Positions 1-12,282 of a stretch of DNA of 64,000 nucleotides are shown here, in pieces. Where the stretch lies: IMG/VR virus record IMGVR_UViG_3300002231_000336; one strand, 5' to 3'. The DNA is from a virus. Made by a program: the position numbers and the translations under genes. The number at the start of each line of letters is the position of its first letter. Position 1 is the stretch's first letter. The notes below the pieces were generated by a model that did not search any database, was not told the origin of the DNA, and worked only from the letters and a program-made list of their open reading frames with translations.

Positions 1-1287
1 CGGTAGACCGGATAGGGTTACATTAGATGAGACTGCTAAGTCTCCAGATACATCAAGGGTTGCTGATGGACTCACCGTCCCGATGCCGACGTTGCCGCTT
101 CTATCTATGACCATTCGTGCTGTTCCTCCAAGAGTTGCGACATTAGAAGCAGTATAAAATTTCAAATCCGTAGCAGAATTTATGTCTCCTCTTCCACCAC
201 CAATATAAACAATATTATCAGCAACATTTGTATCAATTCCCAACAAAGTACATCCTTCTGATTCGGCGCTTGTATCATACTGAGAAGAAATAATAGCTCC
301 CCATTTGTTTGTGTCATCTGTCTCACTACTTGAAATTCTTATATTTGGATAACCAACGACGTGTAATTTATTACCTGGACTCGTCGTCCCGATGCCTACG
401 TTGCCAGTATTATCAATGACTAATTTTTCATTAGCTGTAACACCACTACTCGTAGAAAAGACGAAGTTATCTGATGCCCCTCGCACACCTAGAGCCCAAT
501 CTTGTCCACTTGCTTCATTGAAATGTATCCTTGATTGCTTGCCAGAGTCAAAATCAAGTTGAATAAGTTGGTCATCGCCAGCAGGTGCATCAATATTTAA
601 TTGAGACGCAGGAGTATCCGTCCCAATCCCTACATTACCATTCTCCAGCACAGTAACCACCCCCGTCGTAGTCATACTATTAACCTGCAACAAGTTCCCA
701 CTATATCCATCGTTATCAGGGCTAATGAGCAGACCGTCTGTGCTTCCTGATGGAGAGAGGTCTAGGAGGGCTTGGGGGGAGGTTGTGTTGATGCCGACGT
801 TTTGGCTTGAATCAATATAAATAGCACTGGTATCATCTGTTTGAATATCTAATGGTGCCACTCCTCTGGTTCGGATTGTTAAAGGAGTATTATCGTCTGC
901 TGAAATCCATGCCGGATTAGAACCACCTGGGCCAAATTCTAAATGTGCCCCACTTGCTTGTTTTATTCTTATCCTTCCACCATCAACTTCTAAGGCAGAG
1001 GTTACCTCAAACGTATTAGTCCCAATCCCCACCCTATCATTCCCACTATCCACATACAACACATCCGTATCAATTGCCAGTGTCTTCCCTACGGTGAGAT
1101 GTTCACCAATAGACATACTATTACCAACAACCTGATTTCCACTAAACGACACACTCATCGGATTAGATGCTGTCCCAATCTCTTTCTCATCACTATCAAT
1201 TAAAAATGCCCTCATTGGTGCAGCAAAAAGAGGAGAACAAAATAATATTGTTATCGCTAAAACACTTATTACTAAATACTTTTTCAT
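1..1287 (-). CDS. Tail-fibre-like protein with GNVGIGT repeats (truncated by window start; intact copy 38798-40168)
   Basis: Identical to 38882-40168. Confidence 0.8.
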   Translation of the reverse strand, partial: MKKYLVISVLAITILFCSPLFAAPMRAFLIDSDEKEIGTASNPMSVSFSGNQVVGNSMSIGEHLTVGKTLAIDTDVLYVDSGNDRVGIGTNTFEVTSALEVDGGRIRIKQASGAHLEFGPGGSNPAWISADDNTPLTIRTRGVAPLDIQTDDTSAIYIDSSQNVGINTTSPQALLDLSPSGSTDGLLISPDNDGYSGNLLQVNSMTTTGVVTVLENGNVGIGTDTPASQLNIDAPAGDDQLIQLDFDSGKQSRIHFNEASGQDWALGVRGASDNFVFSTSSGVTANEKLVIDNTGNVGIGTTSPGNKLHVVGYPNIRISSSETDDTNKWGAIISSQYDTSAESEGCTLLGIDTNVADNIVYIGGGRGDINSATDLKFYTASNVATLGGTARMVIDRSGNVGIGTVSPSATLDVSGDLAVSSNVTLSGLP

Positions 1288-1288
1288 G

Positions 1289-1438
1289 CTACACTCCTTG
1301 TACATATAGAGGGTTAGTGGCTGATATAGCCATTTCATCACTGCTTATAAGTAAAATCCTCTGCATAGAGGCATATGCTATACTAGCCGTAACAATAACT
1401 ATTGATATTGCTAGGATTATCCACGAAGCCCTATTCAT
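1289..1438 (-). CDS. 49-aa exported mini-protein (not in ORF track)
   Basis: AAGGAGG RBS; MNRASWIILAISIVIVTASIAYA-SMQRILLISSDEMAISATNPLYVQGV. Confidence 0.7.
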   Translation of the reverse strand: MNRASWIILAISIVIVTASIAYASMQRILLISSDEMAISATNPLYVQGV

Positions 1439-1449
1439 AATTCCTCCTT

Positions 1450-1704
1450 CTATTTATAACCATTAATACGTCCGAGTATCTTCATCATCTCATCGTGTTG
1501 GGACATCAATCCCCTGTGTTGTTCTTGAGATGCCCTGTGTTCCTCCTTGACACGAGTAGTAAATTCTATGAATGACAGCCGAAGTTCTTCCATTGTACTA
1601 CACAAGTCCTTGACTATCTTAATCGTTATCCATGCGCATAGAGCAAACACTCCTAGTCCTAATCCCAGTTCCTTTGCTGCTTTAAGTATCATGTCGTATG
1701 CCAT
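1450..1704 (-). CDS. Small membrane protein (one TM segment plus coiled coil), holin-like
   Basis: LGLGLGVFALCAWITIKIV hydrophobic segment followed by a helical tail; GGAGG-like RBS. Confidence 0.55.
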   Translation of the reverse strand: MAYDMILKAAKELGLGLGVFALCAWITIKIVKDLCSTMEELRLSFIEFTTRVKEEHRASQEQHRGLMSQHDEMMKILGRINGYK

Positions 1705-1733
1705 ACTGTTTCCTCCTATAGTTAATTTACTTA

Positions 1734-3571
1734 TCAGCTTATCGTTATAGTATCAGTGCCACTCATAGTTACTGTACCAGAGCCAGACATAGTTTTGTCT
1801 CCTTCAGGCGTAGGAACGGGTGGATCTGGGTTGCCTAAGTCTGTTATTGTTATATCATCGAAACTTGCTTGGTCATTATAGCCACCGATACCGACATATC
1901 CAGACTGTGTTAAGTCGATAGATGAGCTAGTAAATATTGGCGTGATGCCACTGCCATATTCATCGTGGTAGACGTTCAAGACTGAGTTCTCATATTCTAT
2001 GGTTACATCATGCCAGTCGTTATCGTTAATGACCACGCCAGAACGGGTGACTTCCTCAATACGATATTCATCCCCCGCTGTTATCTGATAGACTCCGTTA
2101 GATTCGCTATCTGAATTGAACATACAGAAGAAATAGTTATCGTCATCTTCATAACCAAAGATGAAATCATAGTCTAGCGTAAGCACTCTCTGATACATCA
2201 GCTTCATTAGATTTTACCTGTGCCTCCAACCTGAACTCTGAATATGCTGCACCATTGTAATAGGCATACTCACCAAGACCGCCCCTTGCCAGTAGGACTA
2301 TAGACCGTGTTGTCTATCCTGTAACAGGCATCAGCATCATTAACTATTTCCCATGAGGCAGAGCGTTCAGTATAGTTTGCTGAGTCATTAGTAGCCCCTG
2401 TGCCGAATGATGTACCGCCTGATGGCGTGACTTCTGTACTAATGTTGTACGTAACCTGTGCCATCGAATTAGTGGCAAGGTCATCAGCATCTATTGTTAT
2501 TGCATATGTCTCACCATAATCTATTGATTCATTTACATTACTATTAGAGAGATAAAAGTTCATCTGTGATGTGTTGCCAGACCACGACAAGTCGCTTGAC
2601 TCATCATTGCCTGCGACTGTCAGAACAACTGATTCGCTGTCTACTCCATCACCTGCATCTGATATGGTAAATGAAACAAATGGGTCTTTGGTTAGGCTAA
2701 CGCCTGTCGCACCTTGTGCTGGATCAAATGAACTAGCCGATGGTGCAGTCGTGTCACTACCGCCCCCGATATAATCATCATAGCTCTTTTCATTAGACAC
2801 ATAAACTTCATCTATTAATGCTGTCTGCGTTATGTCTGGTGTTTGGTTCCAGTATGACCAGATGTAACAGAAGTCTAGAACACGACCATTAACCCATGTG
2901 TTGCTTGCGCCAGTGCCAATTGTTATCCATGAGTTTTCCTGCTTAATTAAGACATCATCAAAATACCATGAGACGATACCGTTACTTGAACCAGACGTAT
3001 TCGCTTTCCAATAATAATCTATCTTATGCCACACATCATCAGTCCATGTTGAAGCCTTGTCGCTCCACTTACCTATGTTCCCGTAACCGCTTGGCACGTA
3101 CTCATTGTTTATATATGCCCTACCATATACGGTATCACCATCATTTACACCGAATATACTATTATAGCCATTATTGTTTCCAGAATCAGACTCCTTCTTA
3201 TGGGCACGGAATATCTTTATATCAACGTTACTATGCTCGTTATCATTCCATGACCACGAGGACACTGTTTTAATATATATTGTCATCCAGAATTCATCGC
3301 CAGCCTGGATAGTGTGATTAATATTATCTATCTTTGCTTTCGGTCCATTAGAAAATACATCTAAACCTTCAGTAAATTCACATCGCCCACACTGAGAACC
3401 AACTTTTGCATCAGAGTTTTCAAAATAAATGGCTTTCGTACCATCGCTGAAAATTGCGCCATTTGAACCTGTAGCAAGAGCATCATCTGAACCGCTCTCA
3501 AAGCCCTCATGATATGTCCACCCACAAAACATAAAAACACAGCATATAAGCATCAGTAATTTATTAATCAT
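1734..3571 (-). pseudogene. Frameshifted copy of the 611-aa lectin/Ig-like exported protein (probable sequence error)
   Basis: Extra T at 2175 and extra C at about 2282-2285 relative to 40615-42450. Confidence 0.85.
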
Positions 3572-4141
3572 CTATCCTCCAATTAATATTACTTGTGAAG
3601 CCCTTTTGTTTGGTGTTGTCGCCGGGCTACTAACAGCACCAGTAACATATGCATTTAATATCCCGTAACTCCAACTACCCGATGTTCCCCACGGGTCAGG
3701 CATGTTACCACTTGAATATGTAAAGCTGTCATAATCAGATGAACCAACATTATCGTTTCTCAGTTTTTTTGATGCACTGTTAGCAACACCGATACGATAT
3801 GTTTGCCCAGAAGTTATAGCATCTCCATCATCAAAAGTATATTCAGTATACGACCCATCAGTAATACCAGTTATTTCGTTCGAAATATCCATAAGGTTAT
3901 TGCTTGAATCCCATACACCCATTTGTGATGTACAGCTAGCATCAGTAGAACCCCATTGCACATAACCATTTTCTAGTGTGCCACTTGCAATAGCAGTAAA
4001 CTGGTCTGAATACACGCGATTCACATCAAGATAATCTTCGTCAACTGAAGATGTGCTATTACCAGCCAACGTATCAGCATAAACAGGTACAGCTAAAAGT
4101 AATGCACATAACGTGCTTATGATTAATTTGTAGTTTTCCAT
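3572..4141 (-). CDS. Exported beta-rich protein, 189 aa
   Basis: Signal peptide MENYKLIISTLCALLLAVPVYA-D; Ser/Thr/Gly rich. Confidence 0.7.
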   Translation of the reverse strand: MENYKLIISTLCALLLAVPVYADTLAGNSTSSVDEDYLDVNRVYSDQFTAIASGTLENGYVQWGSTDASCTSQMGVWDSSNNLMDISNEITGITDGSYTEYTFDDGDAITSGQTYRIGVANSASKKLRNDNVGSSDYDSFTYSSGNMPDPWGTSGSWSYGILNAYVTGAVSSPATTPNKRASQVILIGG

Positions 4142-4996
4142 TTTATTTTCACTGTCAACCTTGTTGGGGCATCTGTGGTATCGAGGTCAAGCAAGACTAC
4201 ATGCCCCGTCTTCTATAGTGTTATTATCAATGTCTGCTTTTGCTACTGTGTCATGATATGGGTCAGCACCAGTCGTGGTATTACACGCCTCAATTGTTGT
4301 GCTATTAGACGTACCATCAGCATCAACCTCAGTGAGCGTGAATGCGGTGTCGTCTTGCCCCCAAGCCCATGATTCGATATCATGGATATATACAGTAACG
4401 CCAGTATCATTCACCCACATTGGAAATGGCTCAAGACTAAAATCAACCACATCAGATGGACTAAGAACCGTAGCCATTGCAGAATCACCTGCAAGCAATA
4501 CACCGTCAGTTGTAATTGGGTCGCTAAAGGTAATATCCCCTGCCCAAGTATTACCAGTAATCTCAGCACCACCTTCAAAATATGCTTTGCCTAATACAGT
4601 TAGATTACTATTAGCCGACAAATCCCCTTTGGTTAATACATCATCTGAGACCAAACCAGTGGTATAATTGACGTGTTCTCCTGCCACGAAGCCAGTAAGG
4701 TCATCATGGTCTATAGCAGTTTCTAGGGTAGTTTCTGTGGTAGCATCAATACTATCAAGTCCTTCAAGTAGCCCATCTCCTGTCAAGGAAACTGTCTGTG
4801 CATAGACCGTACTAGTTGACAATGTCTGCGATATGCTCACGTCACCATCAATATATGCACCGTCAGCAGTTTCAGTAAATGCACTACCAGATTCATAATA
4901 ATCTTGCTTACCAGTATATGGATTGAATCGATAATCAGCAGAAGCAACACTAACAAATAACAAAACACCAAGAATAGTTAATACTACCTTCTTCAT
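4123..4996 (-). pseudogene. Frameshifted copy of the exported fibre-like protein (intact 43002-43874)
   Basis: Extra C at about 4204-4207 versus copy 2. Start reassigned to MKKVV behind an AAGGAGG RBS. Confidence 0.8.
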
Positions 4997-5006
4997 AATT
5001 GCCTCC

Positions 5007-5315
5007 TTAAGCATAACTTGCCGATGCTCTGTTATCCCAACTATCATATGCCGTTTGACGTAATGTAACGAAATCACTTCCATCATACGTAAACTTATAT
5101 ATAATCCAACCATCATCACTAGATGCAAGGCTTCTAGCACCATAGCCCATATATAATGGTTGCCCAGTTGGAGTTCCGGTATAATCTAGTCTCATCTGTA
5201 GATTATGTGGTATATCCATAACCCTTTTTGCATACATCGCATCATCATGTTCACGTGCTTGGGTGGCCGTATCACTAACAGCACCAGCAGGTTGAAAAGA
5301 ATCACCTATTGTCAT
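5007..5315 (-). CDS. Hypothetical tail-region protein
   Basis: YxGxxxxxLASSDDGWxIxKFTY...WDNRAS pattern, which I recall from small phage tail-associated proteins. Confidence 0.6.
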   Translation of the reverse strand: MTIGDSFQPAGAVSDTATQAREHDDAMYAKRVMDIPHNLQMRLDYTGTPTGQPLYMGYGARSLASSDDGWIIYKFTYDGSDFVTLRQTAYDSWDNRASASYA

Positions 5316-5328
5316 TATTCTACTCCTT

Positions 5329-5691
5329 TTATCGTCTATTTTTTAGTAAATCTTGTTGCGCCTTAAGTTCTTCACGTTGCTTTTGTATGATAATCCATCT
5401 ATGCATACGATTATAACGAGTCTCACCTATAGATGGTGTGCCGAGTTTCATTTCGAGATTCTTTATCTTACGAAGTGCATCACTTGCTCTCTCTGTATTT
5501 TCATATGCCCAATCACTAATATCCTTCATCATGTCCATATCAACAGCGCCTTGGGATACCCCAAAATATGAGATAACTGATTGGGGGACATGGTCTTCTG
5601 GTCTGTTTACATTAAGTGTCTCTACCGCCTCTTTGTTCGGTTTATTCACCAATGGCGATGGTGTTGGTTGTACGTTCTTTACAATTCCCAT
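5329..5691 (-). CDS. Hypothetical protein
   Basis: 120-aa ORF with AAGGAG RBS, in operon order. Confidence 0.7.
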   Translation of the reverse strand: MGIVKNVQPTPSPLVNKPNKEAVETLNVNRPEDHVPQSVISYFGVSQGAVDMDMMKDISDWAYENTERASDALRKIKNLEMKLGTPSIGETRYNRMHRWIIIQKQREELKAQQDLLKNRR

Positions 5692-5705
5692 GGGGTCTCC
5701 TTATG

Positions 5706-7029
5706 TTAATTAGTTTTATTAGCTATGTTTTTGCCTAGTAATTTTGCTGTCAAAAATGCATGACCAGCATACCCTACTGCCCCAGCAGCATACTTACCAA
5801 TCTTATGCCATGTAGCATATTTCTGCATATCTTGTATCACATGTTTCATAGAACCTTCTAGCTGTGCTACCCTACCTAAATATTCTTTTGGCATCTTGTT
5901 CTCCCCCATAAAAGCATTACGCATAGTATCGATATCGCCATATGTACCTTCTTGGTCTAGTAACTATTTTTTTAACTATCTCTTGCCTTTTAAGAGCTAT
6001 GGACGCTTTTTTATTCATTCCACCGTATATTGCTTTATTTTTAGCACCATCTATAGATCCTTTAACAACATTATCTATTGAGTCGTATGCATTAAGCAAT
6101 GCTTCGTCAGCTGGCGTAAGACCTCTACCAGATTTTTGTTTTGCCCATATTGTGCGTAATCCTTTATTAACAGTGCTTTTCATTTTCCAAGCATCTTTTA
6201 ACGAAGAGACTTTTCCTTTAATGTGTTTAGTTATTCTTGAAGGCAACACATCGATTACTTTTTGTATTGAGGCAACGCCATCATTTGATAGTGGAACATC
6301 ATGCTTTGTGTAAAAATCATCTAACATTGCATATGTTTTTTTGCCAAGCAAATCAACCGCTTTGCCAGCTTCTTTTACTTGTTTCTTAACATAACCAGTG
6401 CCACGAAACTTTTGCGCATTCTTGCCTAATCCACCGAATAGTTTAGCTCCTATTCCAACTGATGTTAATAACCCAAATGTCCCTGCCATAAATTCATTAG
6501 TTTTTGTAGGATCTTTATATCTTGTTCTTATAAGGTCACCATACTCTCCAACTTCAGTATCAAGAACACCTTTAATAAATGCTCCAGGCATCCCTTGGAA
6601 ATTACCTGCTTGCGCTTCTACGGCTGCTAATGCTATTGGTGATTCCACAGCTTTATAAGGAACTGCCATCAACTCTGCACCCGCCATAATAGTTTTCCCT
6701 ACATCAGCGCCAATTTCAATACCTTTAGTTGGTGTTATCCCTTTATCTATAAAATATTCATCTGGCTTAACATTAATTAAACTATGTGGTAATGAACCGT
6801 CTTTCACACCTTCCCAAGCTTCTTTGATTGGCCGGAATACCCCAGGTCTATTTTGCTGTAATTCCTTAACTCTATTATACCCAGGGGTAAATTGAGGGTT
6901 TTCATTCTGTGTTGTATCAGCAACTGGTCCACCAACCATGCTTCTAAAACCTTCTAGTGCTGCTTCACGCGTATCGGCTTCTATTTCGTATACCTCACCA
7001 CCACTCTCTATCTCGTATATATCAGCCAT
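5706..7029 (-). pseudogene. Frameshifted copy of a putative ejection protein (intact 44584-45906)
   Basis: Extra T at 5965 versus copy 2. Confidence 0.8.
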
Positions 7030-7030
7030 A

Positions 7031-8134
7031 TTATACCTTCTTCCTTATCTTAACACCACCATATTCGACCCACTCATTGCCAACATCTTTAAGTTCTTTT
7101 TTGGACGCTGCTATTTTCTTTGCAGTATTCTTTTTTAATAATTCTGGTGCTTCTTCTTGCACTCTTTGCAAATATTTAATCCTTGTCTCTTTTTCAAACT
7201 TCTTAGCAAAACGATTAATAGCTTCGTTTCTTTCAAAGAAATCATTTATACTACCTATAACTTTCCCAGTTTTCGGGTCTTTTACAATTTGTAGAATTGG
7301 CTTGTAAGTCCCGTCCTCCATAGCTAATCTAATATTATTATGTAATGCTGTGCCTACTGCATTCCTTGATGTTTCAGCAATATTGTTCGCACTTGTTTCT
7401 AAAGTATTGCCAACCTTAGCTGTAGCAGATGCAAATATTTCAGTAATCATTGCACCCCTAACACCTGGTATAAGAGTTCTACCAACCAATGCCGCTGCTT
7501 CATTTTTAGCACTATTAAAAGCACTTTTATACTCGTTAGCTTGGTCTGGTGTCAACTTATCTATAAGCCCAAACAAATCACCCGGTTTAACGCCTAGGTT
7601 TTTATATTGCTCTTTGGCAAACTTTAGATGTTGGTCAAATGATGTTTCGCCAACAGTGAGTAGCTGACCAGTAGTTGCAGCTAATTCAGCACCTTTTTTC
7701 TCTTGTTGTGATGCCACTTCTTTGTCTTTTTGTATATCAGCTGTAGCAGCAGATTTTTGAACTTCTCTTTGAGCTATAGTATTTGGATCTTCTTTTAACC
7801 CAAGACTCGCCTCTGGGCTATAATTAGTTGGCACATTAACACCTATTGGCGATTGCCCACGTGAGATTTGCTCTTTTATAGCTACATTAGCTGGTCTCGC
7901 TGCACCAACAGCACTTGTACCACCGCCAGCTGGCATCTGTTGTTGCAAACTATTTTGCTGCGCTATCATCTGCATAATCATCATGTCTTTAATGCTTTTA
8001 GAGTTACTAGCCTGTTGTGTCTGCGCAGCCTTAGCCCTCGCATCTATAACCTTCTGAGCGTCAAGATAACCTTTCATAAAATTATCGAATTTAGCTCCTG
8101 CCGACTCTCTTTTTATTTTTGTATATGCTGGCAT
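7031..8134 (-). CDS. Putative internal virion / DNA ejection protein
   Basis: Ala/Gln/Lys-rich and helical; sits downstream of the nozzle as in podophages. Confidence 0.55.
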   Translation of the reverse strand: MPAYTKIKRESAGAKFDNFMKGYLDAQKVIDARAKAAQTQQASNSKSIKDMMIMQMIAQQNSLQQQMPAGGGTSAVGAARPANVAIKEQISRGQSPIGVNVPTNYSPEASLGLKEDPNTIAQREVQKSAATADIQKDKEVASQQEKKGAELAATTGQLLTVGETSFDQHLKFAKEQYKNLGVKPGDLFGLIDKLTPDQANEYKSAFNSAKNEAAALVGRTLIPGVRGAMITEIFASATAKVGNTLETSANNIAETSRNAVGTALHNNIRLAMEDGTYKPILQIVKDPKTGKVIGSINDFFERNEAINRFAKKFEKETRIKYLQRVQEEAPELLKKNTAKKIAASKKELKDVGNEWVEYGGVKIRKKV

Positions 8135-8142
8135 AAATCCCC

Positions 8143-9120
8143 CTATTGTCTAATTAATCCGTAATTGCTATTATAATTGCTCGTAGCATTAAGTATTTGG
8201 TTCATATTCGCATAATTTGAGCCAGCTGTTGCGCTAGGAATATAATTAGAATATAACTGACTATTATTTACAACTCCACTTGTGTTATTTCCGCCTCCAC
8301 TATTTAATAATCCACCAAGTAAATTACCTATCTGACCACCTAAAACACCACTACCATATCCGCCACCAGTTTGGTCTAATGCTGGAGTGTTAGCATAACC
8401 TCCGAGAGTATATTGCGCTGCTAGACTAGGGGTAAACCCACCATGTATATTAGTATATTCTGGGATAATCGGCTCATAAAGCGGAACACGACTGGTAAGC
8501 TGATAGCCTAAGTTACGAAAGTAATCCTGATATTGTTTCTGCATTCCAAGCAACCCAATAGATTGAACATCAGCACCGATAGGGGAAGCGGCCTGTTGCC
8601 CAAGCGTCGCACGTGTGTCAGAGAGATATTTCTTTCTCATCCAATCAGGAATATCATCGTTTATACCCTGAGATGCTTGTTGTGCGAGTTGTTCCTGTAA
8701 GCCAGTGCTATATGGATATAACTCTTCCATCCCGGCTTTTTGCGCAGCAGCTATTTGTGTGCCATAATTGCGGAGTAAGTCTAACTGCAACTGTGCTTCC
8801 TTGGGAGCATATTTCTGTGTCATACCAAAATATGTTGGGTATGCCGCTTTATATTCATCGGCTAGTTCTGTTAACGATGGGAGTCTTGGTGCCTCATCAT
8901 CCCCAGAACCACCACCTAATATTTTCCCACCACTGAAATAATCAGCAGTATTTGACAAACCACCTCCAGGGTCTACTACATTAAAAAAAGCTCTTTTCCC
9001 CTTATCTTTAACGCCTCTGTTAAAAAGATTACTTGCTACAGTATTTATGTAGCTACCTCTATTAGGCTGTAAAGTATTCTGTGAATTAGCCATACTCGCT
9101 ACTGCACCTGCAATCGCCAT
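8143..9120 (-). CDS. Putative DNA pilot / ejection protein
   Basis: Gly/Gln/Asn-rich with GGxxGxxxG stretches; position in the late operon. Confidence 0.55.
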   Translation of the reverse strand: MAIAGAVASMANSQNTLQPNRGSYINTVASNLFNRGVKDKGKRAFFNVVDPGGGLSNTADYFSGGKILGGGSGDDEAPRLPSLTELADEYKAAYPTYFGMTQKYAPKEAQLQLDLLRNYGTQIAAAQKAGMEELYPYSTGLQEQLAQQASQGINDDIPDWMRKKYLSDTRATLGQQAASPIGADVQSIGLLGMQKQYQDYFRNLGYQLTSRVPLYEPIIPEYTNIHGGFTPSLAAQYTLGGYANTPALDQTGGGYGSGVLGGQIGNLLGGLLNSGGGNNTSGVVNNSQLYSNYIPSATAGSNYANMNQILNATSNYNSNYGLIRQ

Positions 9121-9121
9121 A

Positions 9122-9325
9122 TCAACCCCCTACTTTCTTTATATCTTCTAATATCTTTTCTTTGATTTTACGCAAATCATCAATGCTATATTGTATAGAA
9201 TCATATTGTTTTTTTACATGCTCATAACGTGTTTTTATAATAGACATTTCTGAGCGTAATTTATCAAGATTCACATTTATATCGTTTACCTTGTTCTTAA
9301 GATACTTCCTGGTTTCTTTATTCAT
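9122..9325 (-). CDS. Small coiled-coil protein
   Basis: 67 aa with heptad pattern; tightly packed in the operon. Confidence 0.6.
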   Translation of the reverse strand: MNKETRKYLKNKVNDINVNLDKLRSEMSIIKTRYEHVKKQYDSIQYSIDDLRKIKEKILEDIKKVGG

Positions 9326-9342
9326 AGCAACTCCTAGACCGA

Positions 9343-10050
9343 TTATTCGGCTGCATATTCTGTTATAGTGAGAGATGATGTAAGCGCACCGCCATAAAAA
9401 CTACTTCCGCCAACTCCATTAATGGTAGTAGTCCCAGCATTTTCAGAGCCAGCCCGAATCTTAAATGTAGTTTCACTTGTAGTGCCAGCCAACATTTTAT
9501 ATCTTAATACTATCTGGTAACATCTACCAGCGTCTTCTTGACCCATAGCACAAGCTAAAGCATCAGCTGTAGAATCTTGAAATAATGCCATACATATTTT
9601 TGACCCAGCAGTTGTATGAGCGACATGTAGTATAGCTTCTACAACAAGTATATTTGTTGTAGCTAATGGAGTAATCGCTTGAGTTATATATTCGTCACCT
9701 TCTGTATTTTGTGGTTTTGATGTATCACCAGGGATTACAGTTGTACCTGTAGTGGATGTAACATAATTATTTTGCACAACTTGCACCACTGGATTCCCTA
9801 TCGCTGAACCAGACACAGTCAAAGAACCAGTAATATCAACATCACCTGAAGCGGTCACATCACCACAGACAACATTTTGTGCTCCGAAATTGGGTGCAAT
9901 CTTTGACCCAGCTATAGCAGCAGATGAACTAATATCTGCATTTACAATATTAGATATTGACCCACTAGCTAAATCTATTAGGTCGTGTAAATCTGCCTTT
10001 ACTCCACTATCTGGAAGGGTTTTACCCCTCGTAATCGTCACAGTTGCCAC
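9343..10050 (-). CDS. Tail fibre / spike protein (no signal peptide)
   Basis: Fibre-like N-terminus (IVNADISSSAAIAGSKIA) and beta-sandwich-like C-terminus; follows the nozzle. Confidence 0.6.
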   Translation of the reverse strand: MATVTITRGKTLPDSGVKADLHDLIDLASGSISNIVNADISSSAAIAGSKIAPNFGAQNVVCGDVTASGDVDITGSLTVSGSAIGNPVVQVVQNNYVTSTTGTTVIPGDTSKPQNTEGDEYITQAITPLATTNILVVEAILHVAHTTAGSKICMALFQDSTADALACAMGQEDAGRCYQIVLRYKMLAGTTSETTFKIRAGSENAGTTTINGVGGSSFYGGALTSSLTITEYAAE

Positions 10051-10052
10051 GG

Positions 10053-11627
10053 TTAATCCTCCTCGTTATAATATTTATCTTCATGAGTAATTATACTTCT
10101 TTGCAATATCGTTATATCACCACCACCGGTACCGTCGTGCCCGATCTTTATTTGCATTTGATACCACGGACCATAACGGTCAAGGTGAAACTTCTTGGTA
10201 TATATACCAGCGTCTTGAAATATCATCGGAAATGTCCATGATGCGAAATTAGTTTCTCTATCGGCTGTGTACACCTCTCCTAATTGCGTAAAATCACTTT
10301 CATCAAAACTACCGTATACTTTTATGTGATATTCACCAGATGCTTTAGCCCGCACAATAACCTCACCACCACGTTTTTCCGTAAATGGTTTTAATACGTC
10401 ATCCTTACGACCCACTTCACTATAATTAATATCTGCGCCGTCATTATCACTTCCGAACCAAGCACGATACACATTACCATCGGTGGGGTTGACTGCATAA
10501 AGTCGTTCTTCACCATTATAGGTGAGCACATCCCAATCCGCTACGTTCCAACCATCTATTACCATCCAACCGTTAGTCGCAGGGTAATACACCCACACTG
10601 AATTATTAGTGGTTGAACTACTGATAGGCAATGCGAGGAAATATTTGTTATCGAAATAAATAGCAGCCGCTAAATGTATATATGCCCAGTTAATAGTTTC
10701 AAATTCATCTTTTAAGGGATAACTAAGTGGAAGAGATGTTTTATACTGTAGTGTATCGTATTGCGTTTTGAACACACCACGAACACCATCACGAGCCATA
10801 TAGAGAATGTCATCGCCCACAATCATTGCGGAACGATTTGCGACACAACCATCTTTTACGAGTATTCCAGTTTCATCTGTAGCAGCTGGAGTATTACTTG
10901 GGATAATATAGCTAATATTGTCCTTACCACCACATATAAGTCCTTTGCCTCTGATGCCTATAAGAAAACGTGCTGTACCTACTGGCATATTAAATATATC
11001 TGTCGCACGATTAAACGCCCCAGCATAATCTGAAGGGAACGCATCTGAGAAATAAAGTTGGTTACCAACCAATACCCAAAATCTACCATTATAAAAAGTA
11101 GCCTACGTTACTTTGTGGTGGGTCATCAGAATCATCTGTTAAGTCGGTTACAGAACCTGCTTGGTCTATCTCATGCCAGTTCGTTGTTTTTGAGCCAGTA
11201 AGCATAACATGTCCATCACCACCAGTCTTAAATACTTTTACAGCAGTTGGCAAATCACTATCTACTATATCTGTAGATGAAGATATTGCGCTAAATGAAC
11301 TACCAGACCATTTGAGGAATGATGTGTTTGAGCCGCTAAGGGACTACAGTACGTAACTCATGCGTACCGCCGTCTGGCTCAAAGGCATATAAGCCTAAGC
11401 AAGCATCTTTATTCAAATCCTCTAATGACGTAAGACCAGGTATCTTCTTTGTTTGACCAGACACGCCTATATCAACATTAGTTAAGGGTTACCGCTTGTT
11501 GTTCTCCGATGTCCTGCCCGTCTAATCTACTATTAGCACCAGCGGATAAATCACGCCTATTCATAGTGAGAGACTTATCATCAGCTGTCGGCATACTTAC
11601 TAACTGTATCCTCTCTTTGGTGCTCAT
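10053..11627 (-). pseudogene. Frameshifted copy of the tail nozzle / tubular protein B (intact 48930-50501)
   Basis: Extra A at 11100, G at about 11341 and G at 11481 versus copy 2. Confidence 0.8.
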
Positions 11628-12274
11628 ACTAAGCTCTCCCTATCATATGGTACTGCTGAAAATACCGCACTACTATTTGGTTGATGTTCCATATCAAACA
11701 TGTAAGAGTCTAATTCTTTCGAGAATAGTAATTCAAAATATTGTGCTTTTGTGAATTGCCGTTTATACCGCCAAGCGTCCGCTTTAGCTCCAATTTCAAT
11801 CAAATCATCAAAGGTGCCTATGGGTGAGTCATTGTCATCATCAGTCATTTTTGCTGGACGTACAGTATATGGGAATAACACACTTATAATGCTATCTGGC
11901 ACGTTAAAGAATCTAACTTTCATATTATCATCTTCATCACGATATACAGCATAGGCAGTTAGAGTCCCTTGCTGGTCATATTGGGATGGATTATCCTCAA
12001 TCAATGCCTGTAAAGACATTCTTTTAAGTTTAGTATCATTGGTTGAATCTATAGCGTATAACTCTTTACCAAAATCACTTGGTAATGTATATGTTGCCGT
12101 GTCAACTACAGTTGTGATACTATAATCATCATCGTATACTTCCCAATTAGTTGCCCGTAATATCTGGTGGTATCGATTGTTAATGTATACCCCGACTATC
12201 TCTTTCATCTCCGCATCCGTATCACCAATCTCATTACAGACATTTGTTTTAAGAGTACCAAAAGTTTTTGACAT
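11624..12274 (-). CDS. Head-to-tail adaptor (tubular protein A-like)
   Basis: N-terminal TFGTLKTNVCNEIGD helix, TYTLPSDF motif, directly upstream of the nozzle. Confidence 0.7.
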   Translation of the reverse strand: MSKTFGTLKTNVCNEIGDTDAEMKEIVGVYINNRYHQILRATNWEVYDDDYSITTVVDTATYTLPSDFGKELYAIDSTNDTKLKRMSLQALIEDNPSQYDQQGTLTAYAVYRDEDDNMKVRFFNVPDSIISVLFPYTVRPAKMTDDDNDSPIGTFDDLIEIGAKADAWRYKRQFTKAQYFELLFSKELDSYMFDMEHQPNSSAVFSAVPYDRESLV

Positions 12275-12282
12275 TATTACAC